From assembly GCA_964460485.1 (NCBI GenBank), contig CAYWRY010000002.1:4243-68242 (forward strand): a stretch of 64,000 nucleotides of DNA, written 5' to 3'. Source of the DNA: an uncultured Spirochaetales bacterium. GTDB lineage: Bacteria; Myxococcota_A; UBA9160; UBA6930. The notes under the pieces are model-generated. The model was not told the origin of the DNA and searched no databases. It saw only the letters and a list, made by a program, of their open reading frames with translations. The number at the start of each line of letters is the position of its first letter. Within the stretch, counting starts at the first letter, position 1. A program made the position numbers and the translations under genes. Positions 1 to 9,902 of this stretch are shown here, piece after piece.

Positions 1-938
<938 letters not shown>

Positions 939-1018
939 AGCGCGCGCCGCGCCGCACCGAAGAGTCGGGTCACGCCGCGGGAGCGGTGGGCGCACCGCCG
1001 GTTGGCGGCCCGTGAGCT

Positions 1019-1036
1019 AAACCCCGGCGGGTTTTT
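1019..1036 (+). terminator. Possible intrinsic attenuator between mreB and mreC (AAACCC-CGGC-GGGTTT followed by TT)
   Basis: A 6-bp stem with a 4-nt loop ends in a T5 run. This is one of the very few T-runs seen in this GC-rich window. It lies 80 nt after the mreB stop. Confidence 0.3.
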
Positions 1037-1071
1037 CGTGCGCTCCCAGCGCCCCCCGCGTTGGGGAGGAC

Positions 1072-1977
1072 ATGGGCGACTTCTTCCGTCGGATCCGGCT
1101 CCCGCTGCTGTTCGCGGCGCTGGTCCTCCTGACGACGTTCTTCATGATCGGCGATCAGCGCGCCGCACGCGGCGAACGCGTCGACGCGCCTTGGCCGTTT
1201 TCCGCGCTGCTCGAGGCGGCCGCCCCGGTGCAGCGCGCAGTGCGCTGGCCGATCGAGCGGATCGACGGCGGCTGGGACGAGTACGTCGCGCTGGTGGACG
1301 TCGGGCGCGAGAACGCAGAGCTGCGCGAGCGCATCGCCGCGCTCGAGGAGGAGAACCTCCAACTCAAAGAGGCGCTGGTCGAGAGCGGGAACCTCGAGCG
1401 CGTCGCGGCGATGCGCAGCGGATTCGAGGCCCTGCTGATGCCGGCCCGCGTGATCGGCCGCGACGTGTCGCCGTACTTCCGTTCGCTGCTCCTCGATCGC
1501 GGGCGATCGAGCGGCGTGCTCTCGGGCATGCCCGTCGTCGCCGACCGCGGGCTCGTCGGCCTCGTGACCGCGACGACGCCCAGCGCCGCGCGCACGATGC
1601 TCCTGGTCGACCGGCGCGCGGCCGTGGACGCCGTGGTCGAGCGCAGCCGCGCGCTCGGCATCGTGCGCGGCACCGGCACGGCGCAGCTCGAGTTCGCCTT
1701 CTTGCTGCGCGGCGCCGACGTGAGGCAGGGCGACGTGCTGATCACGTCCGGCGTCGGCGGGGTCTATCCGAAGGGCCTGCGCATCGGCGTCGTCGAATCG
1801 GTGAAGGCGGAGAAGGGCGCGCTCGTGCATACCGCTCGCGTCGCGCCGGCGGTGGACTTCGGCGAGCTCGAGACCGCCTTCGCGCTGCTCCAGCGCGGCC
1901 CTTCGATGAAGCTGCTCTACGAAGGCGAGGGCGACGCGCCGGCGGATGCTCCTCCCGACGTCGCGAGCGCGCCGTGA
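1072..1977 (+). CDS. mreC: Rod-shape-determining protein MreC
   Basis: N-terminal TM segment, coiled-coil (ENAELRERIAALEEENLQLKEAL), then beta-rich domains (GLVGLVT, GIVRG, ITSGVGGVYPKGLRIG) typical of MreC. Position between mreB and mreD. Confidence 0.9.
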   Translation: MGDFFRRIRLPLLFAALVLLTTFFMIGDQRAARGERVDAPWPFSALLEAAAPVQRAVRWPIERIDGGWDEYVALVDVGRENAELRERIAALEEENLQLKEALVESGNLERVAAMRSGFEALLMPARVIGRDVSPYFRSLLLDRGRSSGVLSGMPVVADRGLVGLVTATTPSAARTMLLVDRRAAVDAVVERSRALGIVRGTGTAQLEFAFLLRGADVRQGDVLITSGVGGVYPKGLRIGVVESVKAEKGALVHTARVAPAVDFGELETAFALLQRGPSMKLLYEGEGDAPADAPPDVASAP

Positions 1978-2510
1978 GGGAGGCGCTCGCCCTGTTTGCG
2001 GCGGGCCTCGTGGCGCTCGCGCTCGAGAGTGCGCTGCTCGCGCACCTGCCGTTCGCCCTGGTGCCGGCGCTCTCGTTGCTCTTCCCGATCGCCGCAGCCC
2101 TGCTGCTCGGGCCGGCGAGCGGCCTCACGGTCGCCGCGCTGCTCGGTTTCGGCGCAGACATGCTCTCCGGCGCGCTACTCGGCCAGCACGCGTTTCTGCG
2201 CCTCGTCGAGTTCGTGCTCGTGCGCGCAGCGACCGGGCAGTTCGACCTGGTACGCCCGCTGCCCTTCACGCTCTTCGCGTTCGCCGTGGGCCTCGCCGAC
2301 GCCGCCGGCAGCGCAGCGCTGATCCAGTTCTTCCTCGGCTCGTTCGAGCCCGACGCCGGCGGGCTCGCGGCCGTGGCGCTGCGCGCGCTCACGACCGCGG
2401 CCGCGGCGCCCGCCGTGCTCGCGCTCGCACGCCGCATCGTCGCGTGGGGCAGCGGCGATTCCGAAGGGCGGCGCGAGATGCGCCTCGAGACGAAGCGGCC
2501 GGTGCTCTGA
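1974..2510 (+). CDS. mreD: Rod-shape-determining protein MreD (polytopic membrane protein)
   Basis: GTG at 1974 overlaps the mreC stop (GTGA). About 178 aa, very hydrophobic with multiple TM segments. Canonical position between mreC and mrdA. It is the C-terminal part of read-through ORF 1002..2510. Confidence 0.8.
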   Translation: MREALALFAAGLVALALESALLAHLPFALVPALSLLFPIAAALLLGPASGLTVAALLGFGADMLSGALLGQHAFLRLVEFVLVRAATGQFDLVRPLPFTLFAFAVGLADAAGSAALIQFFLGSFEPDAGGLAAVALRALTTAAAAPAVLALARRIVAWGSGDSEGRREMRLETKRPVL

Positions 2511-4495
2511 TGGCCCACCTCGCCGCGCCCACCGGAGCCTCCCTCGAGGGCCGCGTCCGGCTCGTCGCGGTGCTGGTCGTGCTGCTGTTCGGCGGCTTCG
2601 TCGTGCGCCTGTTCCACCTGCAGGTCGTCGAGGGCGAGACGCTGCGCCAGCGTTCGCAGAAGAACTCGATCCGTCACGTGGATCTCGATGCCCCGCGCGG
2701 CGAGGTGCTCGACCGCGAGGGCCGCGTGCTCGCGACCTGGCGCCCATCGCGCGCCCTGCGCGTGATCCCGAACGACCTGCACGACCGCGCGCGCACCTTC
2801 GCCGCGCTCGGCCAGCTGCTGGGCCTGCCCGGCCCGGAGCTCGACGCCGAGGCGGGGCCGTCGACGGGCCTGGCGCGGTTCCGCCCCGTCACGCTGGTCG
2901 ACGATCTCGACTGGGAGCGGCTCGCGCGCGTCGAGTCGCACGGCTACGCGCTCGCCGGCATCGAGACCTTCGAGAAGCCGCGACGCTTCTATCCGAGCGG
3001 TCCGCTCGCGGCGCACTTGTTGGGGACGCTGGGCGAGATCCAGTCCGCGCAGCTCGCGCGGGAGCACTACGCCGGCTATCGGCAAGGCGAGGTGATCGGT
3101 CAGACCGGCCTCGAGGCGCGCTTCGAGACGCACCTGCGCGGCGTGTACGGAAGGCGCGACGTCGTCGTCGACGCGGCCGGCCGCGAGATCGAGCAGCTGC
3201 GCGAGCTGCCGCCGGCCCTTGGCGGGCGCGTCGTGCTCGCTCTCGACCGCGATCTCCAGGAGCAGGCGGAGGCCGGCTTCCGCGACGTGCCCGAGGGCGA
3301 GCCCGAGCGCATGGGCGCTGCGGTCGCCCTCGACGTGCGCACCGGCGACGTGCTCGCGCTCGCGTCGTTCCCCAACTACGACCCGAACGTCTTCTCGTCG
3401 CGCATCGATCGCGATACCTGGCGCGCACTCACCAGCGACGAGTGGAAGCCGCTGCGCGATCGCGCGATCCAGAACCACTACCCGCCGGGGTCGACGCACA
3501 AGGCGGTGATGGCGGCCACCGCGCTCCAGGAAGGCGTGATCGACGCGAGCACGCGCGTCTATTGCCCAGGTTACTACTACTTCGGCGGCCGCCGCTTCGG
3601 CTGCTGGAAGAAAGAGGGCCACGGCACCGTCAACGTGATCCAGGCGCTGCAGCGCTCCTGCGACGTGTTCTTCTACACCGTCGGCGTCGAACTGGGCATC
3701 GACCGCATCGCGAAGCACGCGTCGAGCTTCGGGCTCGGCGACTTGACGGGCATCGACCTGCCCGGCGAAGTGACGGGCATCGTGCCCAGCTCGGAGTGGA
3801 AGCTGCGGCGCTTCAAGGAGAAGTGGTACCCGGGTGAGACCGTCTCGGCGGCGATCGGCCAGAGCTACAACCTCTACACGCCTCTCCAGCTCGCCGTCTC
3901 CTACGCGGCGATCGCCAACGGCGGGCGCGTGATGAAGCCGCGCCTCGTGCTGAGGCTCGAGGACCGCGACGGCAAGACCGTGCAGGCGTTCGATCCCGAG
4001 GAGCGCGAGCACGCGACGGTCTCCGCCGCGAATCTCGCGATCGTGCGCGAGGGGCTGACGGCGGTGGTCGAAGTTGCCGGCGGCACCGGCTCGCGAGCGA
4101 GAGTGCCGGGCGTTCGCGTCGCCGGAAAGACGGGCACGGTGCAGGTGGTGAGCCTCGATCGCGTGCGCAGGATGCGCGAGGAGGACATCCCGGTGCGCTT
4201 CCGCGACCACGCCTGGTTCGCCGCGTTCGCACCGGCCGACAGCCCCGAGATCGCGGTGGCGGTGTTCGTCGAGCACGGTCTGCACGGCAGCAGCGCAGCG
4301 GCGCCGATCGCGCAGCGCGTGTTGGCGAAGTACTTCCAGAAGCGGGGCCTGAGCCCGATCCCCGACGCGCAGCCGCCGCCGCGCGCGCCGCAGCACCCCG
4401 CGCCGCTGCCGCGCCTGCAGCAGGCGGCCGTGCCGGTGTCGCTGCCGCCCGGCGCAGGCGCGCCGGCGGCCGTCGCCGGAGGCGCGCAGCCGTGA
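2510..4495 (+). CDS. mrdA: Penicillin-binding protein 2 (elongasome transpeptidase)
   Basis: ATG at 2510 overlaps the mreD stop (TGATG). N-terminal TM anchor. Transpeptidase motifs GSTHK (SxxK) and KTGT (AGKTGTVQV). It is the C-terminal part of ORF 1946..4495. Confidence 0.9.
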   Translation: MAHLAAPTGASLEGRVRLVAVLVVLLFGGFVVRLFHLQVVEGETLRQRSQKNSIRHVDLDAPRGEVLDREGRVLATWRPSRALRVIPNDLHDRARTFAALGQLLGLPGPELDAEAGPSTGLARFRPVTLVDDLDWERLARVESHGYALAGIETFEKPRRFYPSGPLAAHLLGTLGEIQSAQLAREHYAGYRQGEVIGQTGLEARFETHLRGVYGRRDVVVDAAGREIEQLRELPPALGGRVVLALDRDLQEQAEAGFRDVPEGEPERMGAAVALDVRTGDVLALASFPNYDPNVFSSRIDRDTWRALTSDEWKPLRDRAIQNHYPPGSTHKAVMAATALQEGVIDASTRVYCPGYYYFGGRRFGCWKKEGHGTVNVIQALQRSCDVFFYTVGVELGIDRIAKHASSFGLGDLTGIDLPGEVTGIVPSSEWKLRRFKEKWYPGETVSAAIGQSYNLYTPLQLAVSYAAIANGGRVMKPRLVLRLEDRDGKTVQAFDPEEREHATVSAANLAIVREGLTAVVEVAGGTGSRARVPGVRVAGKTGTVQVVSLDRVRRMREEDIPVRFRDHAWFAAFAPADSPEIAVAVFVEHGLHGSSAAAPIAQRVLAKYFQKRGLSPIPDAQPPPRAPQHPAPLPRLQQAAVPVSLPPGAGAPAAVAGGAQP

Positions 4496-5610
4496 TCGCG
4501 ATCGACCGGCGCGCCTTCCAGCACTTCGACTGGCCGCTGCTCGCGCTGATCCTCGCGATCCTGGCGATCGGCTTCATGAACCTGTTCTCGACGACGCAGC
4601 CGTTGCCGCCGCCGTCGGTCGGCGTCGCCGCCGAGTTCAAGACGCAGCTCGCCGCCCTCGCGCTCGGCGCGGCCGGCATGATCGCCGCGATCGTCGTCGA
4701 CTACCGGCGGCTCGAGCGCGGCGCGCCACTTCTCTACACGCTCGCCCTCGCGGGCATCGCCGCGACTGTGCTGTTCGGCGTCGAGATCCGCGGCAACAAG
4801 TCGTGGCTGAAGCTCGGCCCCCTCTCCATCCAGCCGGCGGAGTTCGCGAAGCTCGGCCTGATCGTGATGCTGGCGCGCTACTTCCATCGCCACCCGCCGG
4901 GCGAGATGCGGCGACTGCTCGACCTGTTCGTGCCCGGCTTCCTGCTGGCGCTGCCCGTCGGTCTCATCGTGCTCCAGCACGACACCGGCGTGGCGGTGCT
5001 CACGCTCGCGATCGGCGCGACCTTCTTCCTCTTCGTCGCGTTGCCCTGGCGCACCTGGGCGATCCTCACGGTGATCGCCGCCGCGGCTGCGGTCGGCGCC
5101 TGGGAGTTCGGCCTCAAGCCCTATCAGCGCGAGCGCGTGCTCTCGTTCGTGGGCGCCGGCAGCGGCGACGCGCTCGGCTCCGATTACCAGGCCATCCAGT
5201 CGCGCATCGCGGTCGGCTCGGGAGGGCTCGCGGGCCAGGGTTGGCTCGCGGGCCCGCAGAACCGCGGCCAATTCCTGCCGACCCAGCACTCGGACTTCGC
5301 GTTCTCCGTGCTCGCCGAGGAGTGGGGCTTCGCAGGCAGCGCGACGCTGCTCGTGCTCTACGCGGGGCTCTTGCTGTGGGGCCTCGCGATCGCGGCCAAC
5401 TCGAGGGACGGCTTCGGCGGCATGCTCGCGGTGGGGGTGGTCAGCATGCTGCTCTGGCCAGCCGTGATCAACGTGGCGATGGTGCTCGGGCTCGCGCCCG
5501 TGATCGGCGTTCCGCTCCCGCTGGTCAGCTATGGCGGCTCCCAGCTGCTCGCGAACTTGGTCGCGCTCGGGCTGCTGCTGAACGTCTCGATGCGGCGCTA
5601 CGTGTTCTGA
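4492..5610 (+). CDS. rodA: Peptidoglycan glycosyltransferase RodA (SEDS family)
   Basis: GTG overlaps the mrdA stop (GTGA). About 10 TM segments. Has the SEDS C-terminal motif GVPLPLVSYGGS. Confidence 0.9.
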   Translation: MIAIDRRAFQHFDWPLLALILAILAIGFMNLFSTTQPLPPPSVGVAAEFKTQLAALALGAAGMIAAIVVDYRRLERGAPLLYTLALAGIAATVLFGVEIRGNKSWLKLGPLSIQPAEFAKLGLIVMLARYFHRHPPGEMRRLLDLFVPGFLLALPVGLIVLQHDTGVAVLTLAIGATFFLFVALPWRTWAILTVIAAAAAVGAWEFGLKPYQRERVLSFVGAGSGDALGSDYQAIQSRIAVGSGGLAGQGWLAGPQNRGQFLPTQHSDFAFSVLAEEWGFAGSATLLVLYAGLLLWGLAIAANSRDGFGGMLAVGVVSMLLWPAVINVAMVLGLAPVIGVPLPLVSYGGSQLLANLVALGLLLNVSMRRYVF

Positions 5611-5635
5611 CCGCGCGCCGCCCCGCCTCGAACCG

Positions 5636-5737
5636 CGCTTCGCTTGCGCGTTCGACTCCGCTCGGCTTCGCCTCGCTGCGCGCTTCGCTTGCGCGTTCGA
5701 CTCCGCTCGGCCTCGCCTCGCTGCGCGCTTCGCTTGC
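5636..5737. repeat. 45-bp tandem repeat, 2.3 copies (unit CGCTTCGCTTGCGCGTTCGACTCCGCTCGGYTTCGCCTCGCTGCG)
   Basis: Units 5636-5680 and 5681-5725 differ at one base. A partial third unit spans 5726-5737. The repeat fills the convergent rodA/trxA intergenic region and abuts the trxA stop codon. Confidence 0.9.
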
Positions 5738-6060
5738 TAGAGCACGCGCTGCACCAGCTCCTCGAACGCGCTCTTGGGCCGCGCGCCGGTGATCTGGCCG
5801 ACGACGGTGCCGTTCTTGAAGGCGAGCACCGTCGGAATCGCGCGCACGCCGTACTTGCCGGGCGTCGCGGGGTTCTCGTCGATGTTCATCTTGACGACCT
5901 TCACCTTGCCATCGTACTGCGCGGAGAGGTCTTTCACGATCGGCGCGATTGCGCGGCACGGAGCGCACCACTCGGCCCAAAAATCGATCACGGTCGGGAG
6001 TTCCGACTTCAGCACCTCGGATTCGAAGTTCGCGTCGGTCACGTCGATGATGCCTGCCAT
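5737..6060 (-). CDS. trxA: Thioredoxin
   Basis: 107-aa product with the WCAPC active site (FWAEWCAPCR) and thioredoxin-fold motifs. ATG at 6060 is preceded by CAGGAGAG. The rest of ORF 5737..6651 is upstream read-through. Confidence 0.95.
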   Translation of the reverse strand: MAGIIDVTDANFESEVLKSELPTVIDFWAEWCAPCRAIAPIVKDLSAQYDGKVKVVKMNIDENPATPGKYGVRAIPTVLAFKNGTVVGQITGARPKSAFEELVQRVL

Positions 6061-6328
6061 CGCGGCTCTCTCCTGGGTAGGGCGTCGGTGGTCGCTGCGC
6101 GCTCGCCACAGATGTGCGAGCGCGCCGGAACGTCGCAAACCGACGCCGCAGGCGCCCGCACTTCTGCGCGCGATCGCGCGGCGTGCGGCGCGGCCACTCG
6201 CGCACGGCAAGCGCCGCGCACGTAGCAGCGGAGGGCACCGATCGTTACCTTGCGCGAGCTTCGATCTCCTCGATTTCACTCGGGTTTTCGCGACGCCGGC
6301 ACGCGAGCCCGGCTCGAGAGTCCGCCGC

Positions 6329-6886
6329 ATGAGCGTGCGCATCACCCTGAAAGAAGGCGACATCGCGGCGGAAGCAGCGGACGCGATCGTGAACGCTGCG
6401 AACAGCGCGCTCGTGCTCGGCAGCGGCGTCGCCGGCGCGATTCGCGCGCGCGGAGGTCCGCAGATCCAGGCCGAATGCGACCAGCACGGGCCGATCGCAG
6501 TGGGCGCCGCCGCGGTGACCGGCGCCGGCGCGCTCGCCGCGCGCTTCGTGATCCACGCCGCGACCATGCCGCCGGGCGGCATCGCCAGCGAGGCGAGCGT
6601 GCGCGCCGCGATGCGCAGCGCGCTCGCGGCGGCGCGCGAGCGCGGCGTCACGACGCTCGCGGTGCCCGCGCTGGGCGCGGGCGTCGCCGGGTTCTCGTTG
6701 CAGCGCTGCGCGGAGATCCTGCTCGAGGAGGCGCGCGCGCATGCGGCCGAGCCGACCTCGCTCGAGGAGATCCGTTTCGTGCTCTTCGGAGAACCGGCCT
6801 ATCGCATGTTCGAGATGGTGAACGACTCCGCGCGGGTCACCGAGCAGCTCGCGAAGCTGCGCGCGCGCCCGCGCGCGGCGCACTAG
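6329..6886 (+). CDS. Macro-domain protein (ADP-ribose binding / O-acetyl-ADP-ribose deacetylase-like)
   Basis: Macro motifs DAIVNAANSAL, GSGVAGAI and VIHAAT. 185 aa from the ATG at 6329 within ORF 5774..6886. Confidence 0.85.
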   Translation: MSVRITLKEGDIAAEAADAIVNAANSALVLGSGVAGAIRARGGPQIQAECDQHGPIAVGAAAVTGAGALAARFVIHAATMPPGGIASEASVRAAMRSALAAARERGVTTLAVPALGAGVAGFSLQRCAEILLEEARAHAAEPTSLEEIRFVLFGEPAYRMFEMVNDSARVTEQLAKLRARPRAAH

Positions 6887-6895
6887 CGGCCCGCC

Positions 6896-7687
6896 GTGGC
6901 ACACGCGTTCCACGTCGCGACGGCCGCGTTCTACCTGCTCGCGTCGATCGCGGCGGCTCTGGGCCTCGGCCTGCACTCTCGGCCGGCGCAGCGTGCGGGC
7001 GCGTGGCTGCTCGCGGCCGGCGTGGTGGTGCACGCGGCCGCGTTCTGGCGACTCCACACGCTAACGCCCATGCCGTCGCTCACCGAGCTCCCGCTGGCCG
7101 CCTCGCTGATGGCGTGGCTCGCCGCGCTCTCCTTCTTCTTGCTGCACTCGCGCGTGCGCGGCCTCGCGCTCGCGGCGCTGATCGCTCCCGGCGCCTTCCT
7201 GGGCGCGTTCGCGGGCACGCTCTGGCTCTCGATCCGCACGGGAAGCCAGGAGCAGATGCACCCGCTGCTCGCGCACCTGCACGTGGTGCTCGCGAGCGCC
7301 GGCTTCGCGCTGCTCGGGATCGCGGGCGCGGCAGGCGCGCTCTATCTCGCGCACCACCGCGCGATCAAGCAGAAGCGCGCGGCCGCGCAGTCGGCGCTGC
7401 CCTCGCTCGAGGCGCTCGAGCGCGCGAACGCCGCGTCGCTCGCGATCGGCTTCACGCTGCTCACGCTCGGTGTACTGACCGGCGTGCTCTGGGTGGTCGA
7501 GAGCGAAGGCCAGCTCTGGCCCGGCGGCCTGCACGCCAACGCGACGCTGGCCGCGTGGGCGCTCTATGCCGCGATCGCGGTCGCGCGCTTCGGCCTGCAC
7601 GAGAGCGCGCGCCGGGCAGCGCTCCAGTCCGCGCTCGGCTTCGCGATCTTGCTGGTGAGCGTGGTCGGGCTGCGGGTGTGGCCGTGA
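6896..7687 (+). CDS. CcsA/HemX-like cytochrome c assembly family membrane protein
   Basis: 263 aa with about 8 TM segments. A Trp-rich region (LTGVLWVVESEGQLWPGG) resembles the CcsA/HemX family. It lies immediately upstream of hemA and overlaps it (GTGA), as in hemAX-type operons. Confidence 0.7.
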   Translation: MAHAFHVATAAFYLLASIAAALGLGLHSRPAQRAGAWLLAAGVVVHAAAFWRLHTLTPMPSLTELPLAASLMAWLAALSFFLLHSRVRGLALAALIAPGAFLGAFAGTLWLSIRTGSQEQMHPLLAHLHVVLASAGFALLGIAGAAGALYLAHHRAIKQKRAAAQSALPSLEALERANAASLAIGFTLLTLGVLTGVLWVVESEGQLWPGGLHANATLAAWALYAAIAVARFGLHESARRAALQSALGFAILLVSVVGLRVWP

Positions 7688-8976
7688 ATCTGCTCCTGCT
7701 CGGCATCAGCCACCGCACCGCACCGCTCGAGCTGCGCGAGCGCTACGCGGTCGACGACCCGCAGCCGGCGCTCGTGAAGCTGGCGCGCAGCGCCGAGATC
7801 GAAGAGGCGGTGGTGCTGTCCACCTGCAATCGGGTCGAGGTGCTGGTGGCGACGAACGACCTCGAGGCAGCGCGCGTGCGCGTGCGGTCCTTCTTCGAGC
7901 GCGAGCTCGCCCCCGAACAGGCGCCGCGCGCGCGTGAGCTCGAGGGGGCGCTCTACGAGCTGCACGACACCGCCGCGGTGCGCCACGCCTTCCGCGTGGC
8001 GTGCTCGACCGATTCTCAGGTCGTCGGCGAGCCGCAGATCCTCGGACAGGTGAAAGACGCCTACCGCGCCGCCGTCGCGAGCGGCGCCTGCGGGCCGATC
8101 CTCTCGCGTCTCTACCAGCGCGCCTTCGCCACCGCCAAGCGCGTGCGCAACGAGACGAAGATCGCCGAGCGCCCGATCTCGGTGGCGCGCGTGGCGGTGC
8201 AGCTCGCCGAGCAGATCTTCGAGTCGCTCGCGGACAAGTCCGCCCTGCTGGTGGGCGCGGGCGAGATGATCGAGCTCGCGCTCGAGGCGCTGGTGAAGGG
8301 CGGTCTCGCCGCGGTGCACGTCGCCAACCGCACGCCGGCGCGCGCGTCGGCGCTCGCGGCGAAGTTCGGCGCCAGCGCCCACGGGCTCGGCGAGCTGCCG
8401 CAGCTGCTCGCACACAGCGACGTGGTGCTCACCTGCATCGGCGGGCACGAGCCGATCCTCGACGCGTCGCTGTTCGCCGCCGCGCTCCACGAGCGCCGCG
8501 AGCGGCCGATCTTCGCGATCGACATCGGCGTGCCGCGCAACATCGACCCTGCGGCGAACCGGCTCGAGGGCGTCTACCTCTACGACCTCGACGACCTGCA
8601 GGGCGTCGCGCGCGCGAACGCGGACGAGCGGCGCCGCGAGGTCGAGCGCGCCGAGGCGATCGTGCTGGAGGAGCAGCAACGTTTCGACGGCTGGCTCGGC
8701 GCGCTGGCGGCGGTGCCGACCATCCGCGCCCTCGTGCAGCGCGGGGAGTCCATCCGTGCGCGCGAGCTCGAGCGCTCGCTGGCGGGCGTCGCGCTCGGGG
8801 AACGCGAGCGCGAGGCGGTCGAGGCCGCCACGCGTGCGATCGTGAACAAGCTGTTGCACGCGCCGCTCGCGAAGCTGCGCGCGGAGCAGGACCGCGAAGC
8901 CGGCCTGGCACAGCTCGAGGCAGCGCGCGCACTGTTCGGGCTCGACGACGAGAGCGGCGAGGAGAGCGCGGAATGA
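7684..8976 (+). CDS. hemA: Glutamyl-tRNA reductase
   Basis: Catalytic Cys motif VLSTCNRVEVL, NADPH site LLVGAGEMIELA, and a C-terminal dimerisation helix. GTG at 7684. It is the C-terminal part of ORF 6250..8976. Confidence 0.95.
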   Translation: MNLLLLGISHRTAPLELRERYAVDDPQPALVKLARSAEIEEAVVLSTCNRVEVLVATNDLEAARVRVRSFFERELAPEQAPRARELEGALYELHDTAAVRHAFRVACSTDSQVVGEPQILGQVKDAYRAAVASGACGPILSRLYQRAFATAKRVRNETKIAERPISVARVAVQLAEQIFESLADKSALLVGAGEMIELALEALVKGGLAAVHVANRTPARASALAAKFGASAHGLGELPQLLAHSDVVLTCIGGHEPILDASLFAAALHERRERPIFAIDIGVPRNIDPAANRLEGVYLYDLDDLQGVARANADERRREVERAEAIVLEEQQRFDGWLGALAAVPTIRALVQRGESIRARELERSLAGVALGEREREAVEAATRAIVNKLLHAPLAKLRAEQDREAGLAQLEAARALFGLDDESGEESAE

Positions 8977-9902
8977 AGCCGCTGCGCATCGCGACGCGCG
9001 GCAGCGCGCTCGCGCTCGCTCAGGCGCGCGCGATCGGCGCCGCTGCGGAGGCCGCCACGGGCCGCGCCTTCGAGCTCGTGATTCTCCAGACCACGGGCGA
9101 TCGCATCCAGGACCGCTCGCTCGCCGCGATCGGTGGCAAGGGCCTGTTCGTGAAGGAGATCCAGGAGGCGCTGCTCGACGGGCGCGCGGATCTCGCCGTC
9201 CACTCGGCGAAGGACCTGCCCGCGAAGACGCCCGAGCGCCTCGCCTTGGTCGCCTTCCCGCGCAGAGCCGACCCCCGCGACGCGCTCGTCGCCCGCGACC
9301 CCGGCCTGCGCGTGGGCTTGTTGCCGCGCGGGGCGCGCGTCGGCACGGGCAGCGTGCGGCGCGCGAGCCAGCTGCGCGCGCGGCGCCCCGACCTCGAGCT
9401 GGTGCCCTTGCGCGGCAACGTGGACACGCGGCTGCGCAAGCTCGACGAGCTGGCGCTCCACGCGGTCGTGCTCGCCTGTGCCGGGCTCGACCGGCTCGGC
9501 CTCTCCGAGCGCATCCACGAGCGCATCGAGACCGACGATCTGCTGCCGGCGGTGGGGCAGGGCACGCTCGCGCTCGAGGTGCGCGCCGACGACGCGTTCG
9601 CGCGCGAGATCGCCGCGCTCGACGACCCGACCACGCGCGCCTGCCTGCTCGCGGAGCGCGGCTTCCAGGCCGGCCTCGAGGGCGACTGCGCGGTGCCGAT
9701 CGCCGCGTTCGCCGAGCTCGACCACGCCGGCCGCTTGCGGCTGCGGGGCCTCGTTGCGCGGCCCGACGGCACCAAGGTCGTGCGCGGCGAGATCGAGGCG
9801 AGCGCCTCGGACGCCGCACGGGCGGGCGTCGAGCTCGCGAGCGAGCTGCGCGCGCGCGGCGGCGAGGAGATCCTGGCGGCGCTGCGCGGAAGCGCGCGGT
9901 GA
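8973..9902 (+). CDS. hemC: Porphobilinogen deaminase (hydroxymethylbilane synthase)
   Basis: Motifs RIATRGSALAL, GGKGLFVKEIQ, and the cofactor-binding Cys in LEGDCAVPIA. Its ATG overlaps the hemA stop (ATGA). Confidence 0.95.
   Translation: MKPLRIATRGSALALAQARAIGAAAEAATGRAFELVILQTTGDRIQDRSLAAIGGKGLFVKEIQEALLDGRADLAVHSAKDLPAKTPERLALVAFPRRADPRDALVARDPGLRVGLLPRGARVGTGSVRRASQLRARRPDLELVPLRGNVDTRLRKLDELALHAVVLACAGLDRLGLSERIHERIETDDLLPAVGQGTLALEVRADDAFAREIAALDDPTTRACLLAERGFQAGLEGDCAVPIAAFAELDHAGRLRLRGLVARPDGTKVVRGEIEASASDAARAGVELASELRARGGEEILAALRGSAR

Noticed and set aside
1742-4396. 884-aa minus-strand ORF antisense to mreC-mreD-mrdA. Similar giants occur at 7564..10167, 9020..11407, 19463..23737, 31999..34644, 48694..51294, 56718..59081 and 61868..63826.
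   Set aside because: The translations are Arg/Ala/Pro/Gly-rich and low in complexity, with no recognisable motifs. Each lies exactly antisense to genes with clear family signatures. These are typical stop-codon-poor shadow ORFs of a ~70% GC genome.
5636-5737. Possible CRISPR array
   Set aside because: The repeats are directly adjacent with no unique spacers, there are only 2.3 units, and no cas genes are present in the window. It is a simple tandem repeat.
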